The notes below the pieces were generated by a model that made no database searches, was not told where the DNA came from, and saw only the letters and a program-made list of their open reading frames with translations. Below are positions 20,591 to 29,905 of a DNA stretch of 64,000 nucleotides, in pieces. The position numbers were made by a program, and so were the translations under genes. Positions within the stretch are counted from its first letter, which is position 1. Each line of letters starts with the position of its first letter. Source of the DNA: Myxococcota bacterium (lineage in GTDB: Bacteria; Myxococcota; XYA12-FULL-58-9; JALHOP01); the NCBI GenBank assembly GCA_041288095.1, contig JBGGMJ010000027.1, positions 1-64,000 of the forward strand, in the 5' to 3' direction.

Positions 20591-22162
20591 TCAATCGGCA
20601 AACGGGTCGATGGTCCCGCGACTCGACGGATCGCGCTCCGTTTTGCCGTCTTCGGTTTTCCGGCGGGGCTTTCCGGAGTCGAGCTTGGCGAGGGTCGTGC
20701 TGACGTGGTGGTCGCTACTGAAGGCGACGGTTTCGCGGCTCGAGCGGTAACCGCTACGCCGGAACTCGAGGACCTGGGCGACATCCGAGCGCTCGGCGCT
20801 CAAGATGAACGGGGTGACGCCGAGCGGGGCTTCGACCCCGTCGCGATAGACCTCGGCACCAGAAGGCGTCGAATCGAGATGGATTTGCACCTTGGGAATC
20901 GCCGCGGGCTGCTTCGGCAGGGCCTCGAGCGCCAAGGCGGCGTCTTGGGGGGAAACCTCGGTGGGCGGCACGACGAGGTCACCAACCGGCAGCTGCGCCG
21001 GAGCGACCGCGAGCTCCGCCGACGGTGTCATGCCTTCGTTCTGTGCTTGGCCGTGCGACGACCGCAGCATCATGACGCCGACCCCGGCCACTATGCAGAG
21101 AGAAAGACCAGCCGCGATAGCGTAGCGCGTGTTGCGCGCGCGGCGCACGGGCGACTCGATGCCCGCCACGGCCCCGGCGATCTCCGCCGCGATCGGCGTC
21201 AAACGCTCGGTGATCTCGCCGACGTTCTGCGGCCGCTTGAGCGGATCCTTCTGCAAGCACTGCATGATCAGCTGCTCGAGATCGCGCGAGGGCATGTGCG
21301 GCAGGTCTTTGAGCTTCGACGGCTTGGGCGGCGTCACGGTGAGATGTTTGATGGCCATCTCGCCCAGGGACTTGGCCGTGAACGGCTGCCGGCCGGTGAC
21401 GACTTCGTAGAAGATGATGCCGAGCGCGTAAATGTCCGAGCGGTGATCGACGGTCTTGCCGCTCATCTGCTCGGGCGACATGTATTCGGGCGTGCCGACG
21501 AGCGCGCCGACGCCGGTGCGGCCCATCTGCTGACTCGCGGACAAGTCGGTGAACTTCGCGACACCGAAGTCGAGGAGCTTCACGAAGTCCGTTTTACCGG
21601 CCTTCTCGATCAGGAAGATGTTGTCGGGCTTCAGATCGCGGTGGACGATGCCGGCCTCGTGAACGGAAGCGAGGGCGCTGCACACTTGCATCATGATCGG
21701 CATTGTCCGTTGTAGCGGAAGAATGCCTTCGGTCTTCTGAAGGTCGCCGAGGGAGCGGCCCCTCAGAAGCTCCATGATGTAGTACTTTTCGGCGGGCTTG
21801 CCTTCGGCGTCGACGTCGTTCTCGATGAAGTCGGTGATCTCGACGATGTTGTCGTGGCTGATCTGATTGACGGCGCGGGCCTCTCCGAAGAAGCGCTGCA
21901 CCGCCTTGGTGTGACGCGCGTATTCGGGACGCAGGAGCTTCAAAGCCACCTTGCGGCCGAGCCGAGTGTGCTCGCCGAGATAGACCTGGCCCATGCCGCC
22001 TTCGCCGAGGAGTTGCAGCAAGCGGTACGAGCCGAGAACGCGACCGATATTGGGGTTCTGCGGGCTATCGCTGGAGTCGAGCGTGGACAGACGGGTGCCG
22101 TCGCCCTCGCAATAAGCGACACCGTCAGCGTATTGCTTGCCGCATTGCGGACAGGTTCTCAT
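20591..22162 (-). CDS. Ser/Thr protein kinase with N-terminal zinc ribbon, TM segment and PEGA-like domain
   Basis: CPQC..CEGDG, GEGGMG, HRDLKPDN, DFG, GTPEYMSPE; STPSGAEV..LGVTP. Confidence 0.93.
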   Translation of the reverse strand: MRTCPQCGKQYADGVAYCEGDGTRLSTLDSSDSPQNPNIGRVLGSYRLLQLLGEGGMGQVYLGEHTRLGRKVALKLLRPEYARHTKAVQRFFGEARAVNQISHDNIVEITDFIENDVDAEGKPAEKYYIMELLRGRSLGDLQKTEGILPLQRTMPIMMQVCSALASVHEAGIVHRDLKPDNIFLIEKAGKTDFVKLLDFGVAKFTDLSASQQMGRTGVGALVGTPEYMSPEQMSGKTVDHRSDIYALGIIFYEVVTGRQPFTAKSLGEMAIKHLTVTPPKPSKLKDLPHMPSRDLEQLIMQCLQKDPLKRPQNVGEITERLTPIAAEIAGAVAGIESPVRRARNTRYAIAAGLSLCIVAGVGVMMLRSSHGQAQNEGMTPSAELAVAPAQLPVGDLVVPPTEVSPQDAALALEALPKQPAAIPKVQIHLDSTPSGAEVYRDGVEAPLGVTPFILSAERSDVAQVLEFRRSGYRSSRETVAFSSDHHVSTTLAKLDSGKPRRKTEDGKTERDPSSRGTIDPFAD

Positions 22163-22354
22163 GACTCGATCTGCGCGTCCCGCTGCCTCCGTCACGGACG
22201 TGACGTCGTAGGTAGCAGCGAGAACCCCGGCACACATCATACCCCTTGCGACAAAGATCGTCCAAGTGCACGACGTGCCGGCTGTTAATATTGGTGCCCG
22301 GAACCAACACCGCACTTCTTGGTTTGGCCTCCCACACCGGGTAGCCTTTGCGCC

Positions 22355-23002
22355 GTGCTGGTTCGCCTCGTTGACGTCTCCAAGCGTTATGGCGGCCGTT
22401 GGGCCTTGGCGCGCGTCTCGCTCGAGCTCGACCGGCCCGCCGTCATCCTCCTTACCGGCGAAAACGGCGCGGGGAAGACGACCCTTCTCAAGATTATCGC
22501 GACCCTGCAGCGGCCTACCTCGGGGGAGGTCGAGCTCTTTGGACTCCGAGTCGTGGATAACCTCAAATCCGTCCGACGCCGACTCGGGCTCATCACCCAC
22601 CAGGCGCACCTCTATTTCGATCTCACGGCCCGCGAGAATTTGCTGCTCGTGGCGCGCCTCACGGGGGGCGACACCCGCGTCGTCGATGGGTTGCTCGATC
22701 GCGTCGGCTTGAGCGACCGCCGGGAGCAGCTCGTGCGCACCATGTCCGCGGGCCAGAAGCGGCGCGTGAGTGTCGCGAAGCTTCTCCTGCAACGCCCGCG
22801 GATCGCCCTCCTCGACGAGCCCTTCACTCAGCTCGATCCGGGCGGCGTCGAGCTCATGGAAGAAGTCGTGCGCGAGCTCCGTGCCGCTGGCTCCCTCATC
22901 GTCCTCGCGACCCATGACATCGATCGCGGCAAGGCCCTCGCCGACGCGCATCTGACTCTCGCTCTGGGCTCGGCCGAATCACTCACCAAGGTGGCAGCGT
23001 GA
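22355..23002 (+). CDS. ccmA: Heme exporter ATP-binding subunit
   Basis: GENGAGKTT, MSAGQKRR, LLDEPF; ccm gene context. Confidence 0.88.
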   Translation: MLVRLVDVSKRYGGRWALARVSLELDRPAVILLTGENGAGKTTLLKIIATLQRPTSGEVELFGLRVVDNLKSVRRRLGLITHQAHLYFDLTARENLLLVARLTGGDTRVVDGLLDRVGLSDRREQLVRTMSAGQKRRVSVAKLLLQRPRIALLDEPFTQLDPGGVELMEEVVRELRAAGSLIVLATHDIDRGKALADAHLTLALGSAESLTKVAA

Positions 23003-23676
23003 GCTTCGTCCGTGAGGTCGTCACCCTGGTCGCCAAAGATCTGCGTCTCGAGTGGCGCAGCCGCACCCGCATCAACGCGACCCTCTTCTTCGCCCTGCTC
23101 ACGCTGCTGCTCTTCTCGTTCGCCGCCGGGCCGGCGCAGGCGCTGCAGGCCGCCAACGCCCCAGGTTATCTCTGGCTCGCCTTGCTGCTCTCGAGCGTCC
23201 TCTTGCTCGGCGAATCACTGCGCATCGAGCTCGAAAACGACAGCCTCGAAGCCTTGCGTGCGATGGCGGTCGACGCGCGCGCGCTCTTCGTGTCGAAGGC
23301 GCTGACCAACGCGCTGTTTTGCTTCTTGCTCGGCGTCGTCCTCGTGCCGGTCGCGGTTGGTCTCTATGGCGCCGAGGTCAAGCTCGGCTTTCCGCGGCTC
23401 GTCGGCGTCGTCGCCCTGGGGACGCTCGCCATCGCCGCCCCGGGGACGCTCTACGCGACCATCGCGGTGCAGATTCGCGCCCGCGACGTCTTGCTCCCGC
23501 TGCTTCTCTTCCCCGTTTTGGTACCAGGCCTTTTGGCGTCGGTGCGCGCGAGCAGCCTCATCATGCAGGGCGACCCCATGGGCCAGACGGGGAGCTGGTT
23601 GCTTTTGCTCGCGGTCTTCGACGCCCTCTACTGGATCTTGTGTACACTCATGTACGGTCGAGTCATCGAGGACTAG
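22999..23676 (+). CDS. ccmB: Heme exporter permease
   Basis: KDLRLEWRSR, LLPLLLFP; about six TM helices. Confidence 0.9.
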   Translation: MSFVREVVTLVAKDLRLEWRSRTRINATLFFALLTLLLFSFAAGPAQALQAANAPGYLWLALLLSSVLLLGESLRIELENDSLEALRAMAVDARALFVSKALTNALFCFLLGVVLVPVAVGLYGAEVKLGFPRLVGVVALGTLAIAAPGTLYATIAVQIRARDVLLPLLLFPVLVPGLLASVRASSLIMQGDPMGQTGSWLLLLAVFDALYWILCTLMYGRVIED

Positions 23677-23680
23677 AACA

Positions 23681-24373
23681 ATGAAGCGCGCGTTGAACAT
23701 TGGCCTCCCCGTCGTCGCGCTCATCCTCGTGGTGCTCGGCGCCTATCAAGGCCTCGTGGTCGCACCAACCGAGCGCATGATGGGCGAGGTCTACCGCATC
23801 ATGTACGTGCACGTGCCGACCGCGATGATGTCGCTGCTCGCGCCGACGATCGTTTGCGTCGCAAGTCTCGTGTACCTCGTGAAGAGCTCGCGGCAAGCCG
23901 ATGCCCTCGCCGAGGCCGGCGCCGAAGTAACGGTGTTGTTCGCGACACTCTGCTTGGTGACCGGCAGCATCTTCGGGCGTCCGACCTGGGGTGTGTGGTG
24001 GACGTGGGATCCGCGGCTCACCAGCGTCGCCATCTTGTGGATCGCTTTCATCGGTTATCTGGCGCTGCGCCGCTTCGTGGACGATCCGGACAAGCGCGCC
24101 ACCTGGAGCGCGGTCACCGCGATCATCATCTCCGTCGACGTGCCAATCGTTTACTTCTCGGTGAAGTGGTGGAACAGCCTGCATCAGATGCAGTCGAGCC
24201 CGAACACGGTCGACCCGAGCATCGCGGCGCCGTTGCGCCTCAACATCACTGCTTGGTTCGTCGTCTTTCTGGCACTGTTGTGGACGCGCTACCGTATCGG
24301 CCGCGCCGAGCGAGACCGCGAAGAGAGCACGCCCGTGGGGGAACCCAAGGCCGTGTTGCGGATGAGCCCATGA
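23681..24373 (+). CDS. ccmC: Heme exporter / heme delivery protein
   Basis: YVHVP, WGVWWTWDPRLTS (WWD domain), WWNSLHQ. Confidence 0.95.
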   Translation: MKRALNIGLPVVALILVVLGAYQGLVVAPTERMMGEVYRIMYVHVPTAMMSLLAPTIVCVASLVYLVKSSRQADALAEAGAEVTVLFATLCLVTGSIFGRPTWGVWWTWDPRLTSVAILWIAFIGYLALRRFVDDPDKRATWSAVTAIIISVDVPIVYFSVKWWNSLHQMQSSPNTVDPSIAAPLRLNITAWFVVFLALLWTRYRIGRAERDREESTPVGEPKAVLRMSP

Positions 24374-24468
24374 TCCAGGGTGGCTGGGAATTCGTTTGGG
24401 CGGCCTACGGGTTCGCTTGGCTCGCGGCAGGCGGTTACGCGGTGTCGCTATGGCGGAGAAGCAAATGA
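24370..24468 (+). CDS. ccmD: Small membrane protein CcmD (32 aa)
   Basis: MIQGGWEFVWAAYG.. (FVW.AY pattern); ATGA overlaps with both ccmC and ccmE. Confidence 0.75.
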   Translation: MIQGGWEFVWAAYGFAWLAAGGYAVSLWRRSK

Positions 24469-24917
24469 CCAGCGCCGCGAAGAAACGCCTCGTTGCCCTG
24501 ATCGCCGTGCTCGTCGCGGGCGGCGCGCTCTCCTTCATCGCGCTCGGCGGGCTCGAGCAGAACCTGGTGTACTACTGGAACGCTCAAGAGCTGCTCGACC
24601 GAGGCGACAAAGCGCACGGGGCCACCGTCCGCTTAGGCGGAGTCGTGAAGAATGGAAGCGTCAAGTGGGACGCGGGGACACTGAAGCTCGACTTCGCCGT
24701 CGGCATCGCGCCCGAAGCGGGCGGTCCAGCCGTCACCGTGCACGCCACGGGTGCGCCACCGCAGATGTTCCGCGAAGGCATGGGTGTGGTCGTCGAAGGA
24801 CGCTATGACGGACAAGTATTCACCGCTGATCGCGTGCTGGTGAAACACTCGAACGAATATCGGCCGCCCGCGCCTGGTGAAAAGGCGAGCGAGATTTACA
24901 GCACTCTGGTCGAGTGA
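24465..24917 (+). CDS. ccmE: Heme chaperone CcmE
   Basis: NLVYY, VRLGGVV..GS, P.MFREG.GVVVEG, KHSNEY (HxxxY). Confidence 0.93.
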   Translation: MTSAAKKRLVALIAVLVAGGALSFIALGGLEQNLVYYWNAQELLDRGDKAHGATVRLGGVVKNGSVKWDAGTLKLDFAVGIAPEAGGPAVTVHATGAPPQMFREGMGVVVEGRYDGQVFTADRVLVKHSNEYRPPAPGEKASEIYSTLVE

Positions 24918-24919
24918 GA

Positions 24920-24942
24920 GGCCGGCGGTGTTCGCGCCGGCC
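24920..24942. terminator. GC hairpin after ccmE
   Basis: GGCCGGCG-N7-CGCCGGCC between convergent genes; no clear U tract. Confidence 0.4.
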
Positions 24943-24963
24943 CCTCGCTTGCGTGGTCGAAAA

Positions 24964-25293
24964 CTACTGCGACCGGCGCGTGTTCACACCGCTGTTGCCG
25001 AGCGGAATCAGCCCGCGAACGCCGAGCGTCGCGCCGAGGCCGAGGCCGTAGCCACGCTCGCCACGGAGGGTCGAGGCCGAGCCCGCAATGCCGAGGCCAC
25101 CGTAGAGACGGCCTTCGACGTCCACGCTGTCGCGCGAGACGGGGGTGTCATTGCGGAAGTAGTAGAGGCCACCGTTCGGGCCGATACCGGCGCCGACGTC
25201 GAGGTAGGTATTACCCGCCTCGTCTTTGCACTTACCGACGCGAACATCGATACCCAAACCGATTTGCACACCTTCACAACGAACGCTGGTCAT
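24964..25293 (-). CDS. Hypothetical Gly-rich beta-strand protein
   Basis: 109-aa ORF with GGGAG upstream and GC3-rich codons. Confidence 0.55.
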   Translation of the reverse strand: MTSVRCEGVQIGLGIDVRVGKCKDEAGNTYLDVGAGIGPNGGLYYFRNDTPVSRDSVDVEGRLYGGLGIAGSASTLRGERGYGLGLGATLGVRGLIPLGNSGVNTRRSQ

Positions 25294-25400
25294 AGCGAAG
25301 CTCCCAAGTTTGCGGCCCGTAGCTTTTGCCCAAATGCTGGCCTAGTTTCGGCGCGCCTTGGGTGGAGTTGCGCGCAGCGCCAGGATGTCGGTGTGCCGCG

Positions 25401-26717
25401 CTAGTCAGCGGCGACGAAGGTCGCTGACCAGTCGGCGCTGATGACGACGGCGCCGAACGTGGTCGCCGTATTGCCGACCAAGACGACGTAGCGGGATGTC
25501 GCTGGGATGCCCGTGGTGTAAACGAACGGCGCACCGACGAGTGGCGTGGCCGTGATGGCGGTCACCGCGGCCGGGTCGGCGATGAGGGTGCCACTGCTCG
25601 GCGAGGCGGCGCCCACGACGAGGTCGCTACCGAGGACCGGAGCGGGCGACAAGGCGATGTCACGAGAGCCCGAACCGATGGTCGCGTTGATGGCGCGGAT
25701 ACGCGTCTCGGCGCTGTCGGCTAGAGTGTCGCGATAGGCGAACAACGTGATGCCGCCGGCGGCCGTGTTCGGCGCGATGACGACCAGGTAGGTCGTGGCA
25801 GGGTCGAGCGCACCGCCGAGAGTCGCTGGCTCGCCGTCGAGCCTGATGCTCGGATTGCTGGAGACCTGCACCCGCGGTGAGACGCCAGAGAACAACAGCG
25901 TCGGCTGATCGACGCCGTCAATAGTGAGCAAGCCTGCGCCACCAGGGACGCCGTTCACGAAGACCGCGAAGGGATTCTGCGCGATGGTGGTGGCCGGGGT
26001 CGTGTTGCTGATGCCGACGGCGGGGACGTTGAGCAAGCGCAGAGCGCGGACGTCGCCGTCGTCGGACCCTCTCGAGCCAATTACCACGATGGTGACGTCG
26101 GTCGCGGGAGGCAGCGGGGGCGTGGTGAACGCCTTCGCATCCGCCGTGATTTGCACAGGGACGCCGGCATCGACGGTGGTGAGCACCTCTTCGTTCGCGG
26201 GCGGGCTAACGAGGGCTTGGTCGGCAACCCCGATAGGAAAGCTCTCGCCCTCGACAGTCGCGTTGACGATGCGGAGCTGTGTCTTGCCGGGAGGTGGATC
26301 CACCCGCGCGTCGTCGAATGCCTTGATGCTGATGGGTTGCTCGCCGGGACCGGGAGTGCGGGCCCCGGAGACGATGAGCAGGGTGCGCGCCGATATGTCG
26401 AGCCCGACATCAAGCTGCGCGAGGATATCCGGATCTCCAGGCTGACGGACGATGAACTGATAGTTGCCCGTGTCGAGGCCGACATAGCCGGTGGCGCTAC
26501 CGCTCGCGAGGTTCGGGAAGGCGGGCAGGCGCGCCGACGCGAGCACGTAGACATCGAGCGCCGGAGCGTCGACCACCGCTTGGACCACCCGCACCTGAGC
26601 GCGGAGGGCGGTATCGTCGAGGCCGTCATCGGTGTCGCCGCCACAGGCCGACAAGAAGGTCGCGCAAAGAGCGAAGATTGCGATCGAGCCACGCATTACC
26701 GCCGTCGTAAACCTCAT
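25401..26717 (-). CDS. DUF4397-like lipoprotein
   Basis: Lipobox LSAC; repeated VRVVQA..DAPALDVY / LRIVNA / IRAINA units; start could be the second Met. Confidence 0.75.
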   Translation of the reverse strand: MRFTTAVMRGSIAIFALCATFLSACGGDTDDGLDDTALRAQVRVVQAVVDAPALDVYVLASARLPAFPNLASGSATGYVGLDTGNYQFIVRQPGDPDILAQLDVGLDISARTLLIVSGARTPGPGEQPISIKAFDDARVDPPPGKTQLRIVNATVEGESFPIGVADQALVSPPANEEVLTTVDAGVPVQITADAKAFTTPPLPPATDVTIVVIGSRGSDDGDVRALRLLNVPAVGISNTTPATTIAQNPFAVFVNGVPGGAGLLTIDGVDQPTLLFSGVSPRVQVSSNPSIRLDGEPATLGGALDPATTYLVVIAPNTAAGGITLFAYRDTLADSAETRIRAINATIGSGSRDIALSPAPVLGSDLVVGAASPSSGTLIADPAAVTAITATPLVGAPFVYTTGIPATSRYVVLVGNTATTFGAVVISADWSATFVAAD

Positions 26718-26758
26718 TTGCGGGAGAAGCGCCAGTCATGCGAAAGCCCTCCCACACC

Positions 26759-28078
26759 ATGGGCGACGTGACGGAAATCGTCAGCTCGGTCAAAACCCGG
26801 CGCTTCGTGCGCTGCCTCGAAGCAGCCATGCTGGTGATCGTGTTCGCGTGCGTCGCGATCATCGGCATCAAGAGCCGCGTCGGCGTTCACCCCGACGAGC
26901 CCCTGCACATCGACAGCGCCCGCTACTTCCAGGACCACTGGTTGCCGCCGCGCGCCAATGACGAGTTCATACCCTACCTCGACCCGGCCTACGGCGTGTC
27001 GTACGCGCTGTCGGTACCCCCGGAAGCCGTCTACTTCGTCTACGGCAAGGTCGGGGCGATCGTGACCGCGGCCGGCGGTAGCTTCTCGGACGGCTGCCGC
27101 TACGCCGCACTGCTGCTCTTTGCCCTGCTGTGCGGCTGGCTCGTGGTGAAGCGACCCGAGCATCCGGCGCACGCCTTCGTGCTGCTCGCGACACCGCAGG
27201 TCTGGTACGTTTTCGCGTACGTGAACGGCGACGCCTTCGGCATGTTCGCGTCGTTCTGGGTGGTATGGCAGCTCGGAAACCACCAGGCGCTCGGCCGGCG
27301 CTACATCGAATCGGCGTCCTCGCGCTGGGGCATTCTGACGCTGGGGCTCGCGTTCGCGGCGCTGGCGCTGTGCAAGCGCAACTACGTGCCCTTCTTCATG
27401 TACGCTTTAGCATACGGAACGCTCATCACCTTCCGCGACCGGGGCCGCCTGCAGCGCTGGGCCTTGTCGCTCGGCATTGGCGCGCTCATCGCCGGGTCGG
27501 TCCTGGTGTTCGACGAGGCGCGCAACGGCTTCGACAAGGAAGGCCGAGCGCTGGCGCTGCGTGAAGCTCATGCCATGCAGCCCTGGAAGCAAAGCTCAAT
27601 CGACAACGGCACGGCGATGAACGGCCTGGGGCTCAGGCAAAAAGGCGTGCCGCTCATGGACGTCGTCGGTAAGCCCTGGAACTGGGCCGAGGGCGTCTAC
27701 AAGACCTTCCTCGGCGTCTACGGGCCCATGTCGATCTGGTTCCCGCCCTGGGAATACGTGCTGCGCGGCCTTGCCTTCCTGGCTCTCGCGCTGCTCGCCT
27801 TGTGGGGAGCGCGCGGCAGTCCGCTATCGCTGGCGGCAGCGCTGGCGATGGGCTGCGGCGTCATCGTCGCGGCGCTCAACTTCGCCTGGACCTACGACTT
27901 CCAACCGCAGGGCCGGTACATCTTCGCCATCATCCCGATCATCGCGCTCGCATGGACGCACGACACCCGTCCGCCAAAGCGGTTGGCGTGGGCGTTGCTC
28001 TTCATTGCTTTCCTGCTGGGATACCGATCGATGTTGACGCTCGGTATCCCGGAGCTGTTAGGCGCGCACTTCGTTTAG
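26759..28078 (+). CDS. Polytopic membrane protein, GT-C/DUF2142-like putative glycosyltransferase
   Basis: HPDEPLH after the first TM, YVNGD, QPQGRY; about ten TM helices; start uncertain. Confidence 0.6.
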   Translation: MGDVTEIVSSVKTRRFVRCLEAAMLVIVFACVAIIGIKSRVGVHPDEPLHIDSARYFQDHWLPPRANDEFIPYLDPAYGVSYALSVPPEAVYFVYGKVGAIVTAAGGSFSDGCRYAALLLFALLCGWLVVKRPEHPAHAFVLLATPQVWYVFAYVNGDAFGMFASFWVVWQLGNHQALGRRYIESASSRWGILTLGLAFAALALCKRNYVPFFMYALAYGTLITFRDRGRLQRWALSLGIGALIAGSVLVFDEARNGFDKEGRALALREAHAMQPWKQSSIDNGTAMNGLGLRQKGVPLMDVVGKPWNWAEGVYKTFLGVYGPMSIWFPPWEYVLRGLAFLALALLALWGARGSPLSLAAALAMGCGVIVAALNFAWTYDFQPQGRYIFAIIPIIALAWTHDTRPPKRLAWALLFIAFLLGYRSMLTLGIPELLGAHFV

Positions 28079-28092
28079 AACGTCGTGCGGTC

Positions 28093-29490
28093 CTAGAACG
28101 GCGTGCGGTAGGAAGCCCGCGGCAAGCGGCTCGCCGGCACGTACGGCGCCGGACCCGCGGTGTTCGCGGTGCCGAAGCGCTGCACGAACAAGCGGTAAGC
28201 GGCCATGATGCGCAGGTCACCCGCGCCCTCGTGGTTCGACGCCACATTGGGATTGTCGAGCGCCGCCTCGGCGACGATGCGCTGGAACTCGCCGGTCTTC
28301 ACCAGCTCGCGCGGATCGACGCGCAGCTCGCCGCGCCGATACATCGCGAGCAAGCCCTGGCCGAGCGCGAGGACGGCGCCGCCGGTGATGGGCGAAGACA
28401 TCGAGGTGCCGCTCATGCCGCCATAGGCGTCACCCGGCAAGGTCGAGCGCACGTTCACACCGCGCGCCGTAAGCGTCGGCTTCGGTCCGCCTTCGCGGTC
28501 ACGCGAGGAGAAGCGCGCCACGACGTCGTCCGAGGTCGCCGGGGTATTGCGGTGATCCATGGCGCCGACGGTGATGGCGCTGGGCGCGATGCCGGGCGAG
28601 CCGACGGTGCCGAGCCCCGGTCCGCTGTTGCCGGCGGAGATGGTGAACAAGATGCCGTGCTCACGCGTTGCGCGCTCGATGGCTTGGACCATCGGGTTGT
28701 CGGCGATGTCGCCGCGGGCCGGGCCGCCGAGCGACATGTTCACGACCACGAAGCCATCGTGGGCGCGCGCGAACTCGACTGCGCGCTCGATACCGCGAAG
28801 GATCGCGGACGAAGTGCCGCGGCCGTTGTCTTGCAGCACCTGGACACCGGCGAGGCTGGCGCGCGGGGCCATGCCGCGAGTGCCACCGGCATCGGGATTC
28901 CCACGGGCTACGGCCGAGCCACTGACGTGCGTGCCGTGGCGGCGAACGTCCGCCTGCGGATCTTCGGGCTGCTCGGTGTAGACGTTATCGAAGCGGACGG
29001 TCGGCGGCAGGTCGCGATGCGGTGCGACGCCGGTGTCCACCGTGATGAACAGTCCGCCTTCGCCCTCGAACTCCGGGCCAAGCGCGTTGAGCTCGTTCAC
29101 CTCGTGAATGTCGCGACCGAAGACGTTGTTGGCTTCGAAGTCGGACGACGGCTGCGGCTCGGGAACACTGACCTCGACATCTTCGACCACGCGTACGCCG
29201 CGCTCTTGCAGGGCGCGCGCTTGACCGCTGGTCAGACGCGCCGTGGTCCAGGCCTCGCCGGTGGGCGAGGTGCCGCGCATCGTGAAGCCCTGCGGAGCCT
29301 GCAGCTCCATGACGCCCGGGTCGCCGAAAACGATGTAGCCGCGTTGGCGGAGATCGATGAGGTCGGTGAAGCGCCGGATGATCGAGGTCGCGGGCGCGGG
29401 GGTGGCGGGCTCGTTGGCAGGTGCAGCGGCAGTGGTACCCGGCGCGACGGCAGTGGTGGACTGCGTCGCACGGACGATGGCGTCGCCCAT
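28093..29490 (-). CDS. S8 subtilisin-like serine peptidase
   Basis: VDTG, HGTHVSG, NMSLG, SAGNSG and SGTSMS motifs. Confidence 0.92.
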   Translation of the reverse strand: MGDAIVRATQSTTAVAPGTTAAAPANEPATPAPATSIIRRFTDLIDLRQRGYIVFGDPGVMELQAPQGFTMRGTSPTGEAWTTARLTSGQARALQERGVRVVEDVEVSVPEPQPSSDFEANNVFGRDIHEVNELNALGPEFEGEGGLFITVDTGVAPHRDLPPTVRFDNVYTEQPEDPQADVRRHGTHVSGSAVARGNPDAGGTRGMAPRASLAGVQVLQDNGRGTSSAILRGIERAVEFARAHDGFVVVNMSLGGPARGDIADNPMVQAIERATREHGILFTISAGNSGPGLGTVGSPGIAPSAITVGAMDHRNTPATSDDVVARFSSRDREGGPKPTLTARGVNVRSTLPGDAYGGMSGTSMSSPITGGAVLALGQGLLAMYRRGELRVDPRELVKTGEFQRIVAEAALDNPNVASNHEGAGDLRIMAAYRLFVQRFGTANTAGPAPYVPASRLPRASYRTPF

Positions 29491-29611
29491 GAGAAAATAC
29501 TCCGAAAATGTGGTTGGACCCCGCGCCCGGAGAGACCCGTGGGGGGGCATGACATATCGGCAGGGTGGGCTAAGTTGTTGCGCTATGAGGCGGTGCCGCG
29601 GCTTGGAAAAT

Positions 29612-29905
29612 CTAGAGGGCGAGGCACTCGTGCGTCAGCTCTGTCATCGTGCGAGCCGACTCAACACAAACATGCGCCCCCTTCGGGGCCCGGCGCCCGA
29701 CGCAGCGCTGCAGCTCGGAAGCAAGGTCGCGTCGCAGCTCGATGCGCCGCCGCTCGCCGAGCTCGTTGTCATGGATGTTCATCGCCGCGAGCTCGAGATC
29801 CACGATGCGGTCCATGATCGACTCGCAAAGATGGAGGTCGGCGCGCTCGTGCCGCCGGCAGCCGCCAAGAGCGGCAAGTAGCGTGAGGAGGGCGAGGGCT
29901 CTCAT
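29612..29905 (-). CDS. Small lipoprotein
   Basis: LGGC lipobox; four further Cys; ATGA overlap with tonB. Confidence 0.6.
   Translation of the reverse strand: MRALALLTLLAALGGCRRHERADLHLCESIMDRIVDLELAAMNIHDNELGERRRIELRRDLASELQRCVGRRAPKGAHVCVESARTMTELTHECLAL

Noticed and set aside
20591-22951. Apparent N-terminal extensions or fusions in the ORF track (786-aa kinase, 509-aa ExbD, 724-aa TadG, 583-aa TadC, 338-aa CcmC)
   Set aside because: The extensions overlap neighbouring real genes; internal starts with ATGA coupling or recognisable N-termini fit better.
27802-29817. Long antisense or alternate-frame ORFs (e.g. 27802-29817, 18713-20017, 20414-21715, 37522-38778)
   Set aside because: They are shadow ORFs typical of high-GC DNA, lying opposite well-supported genes.
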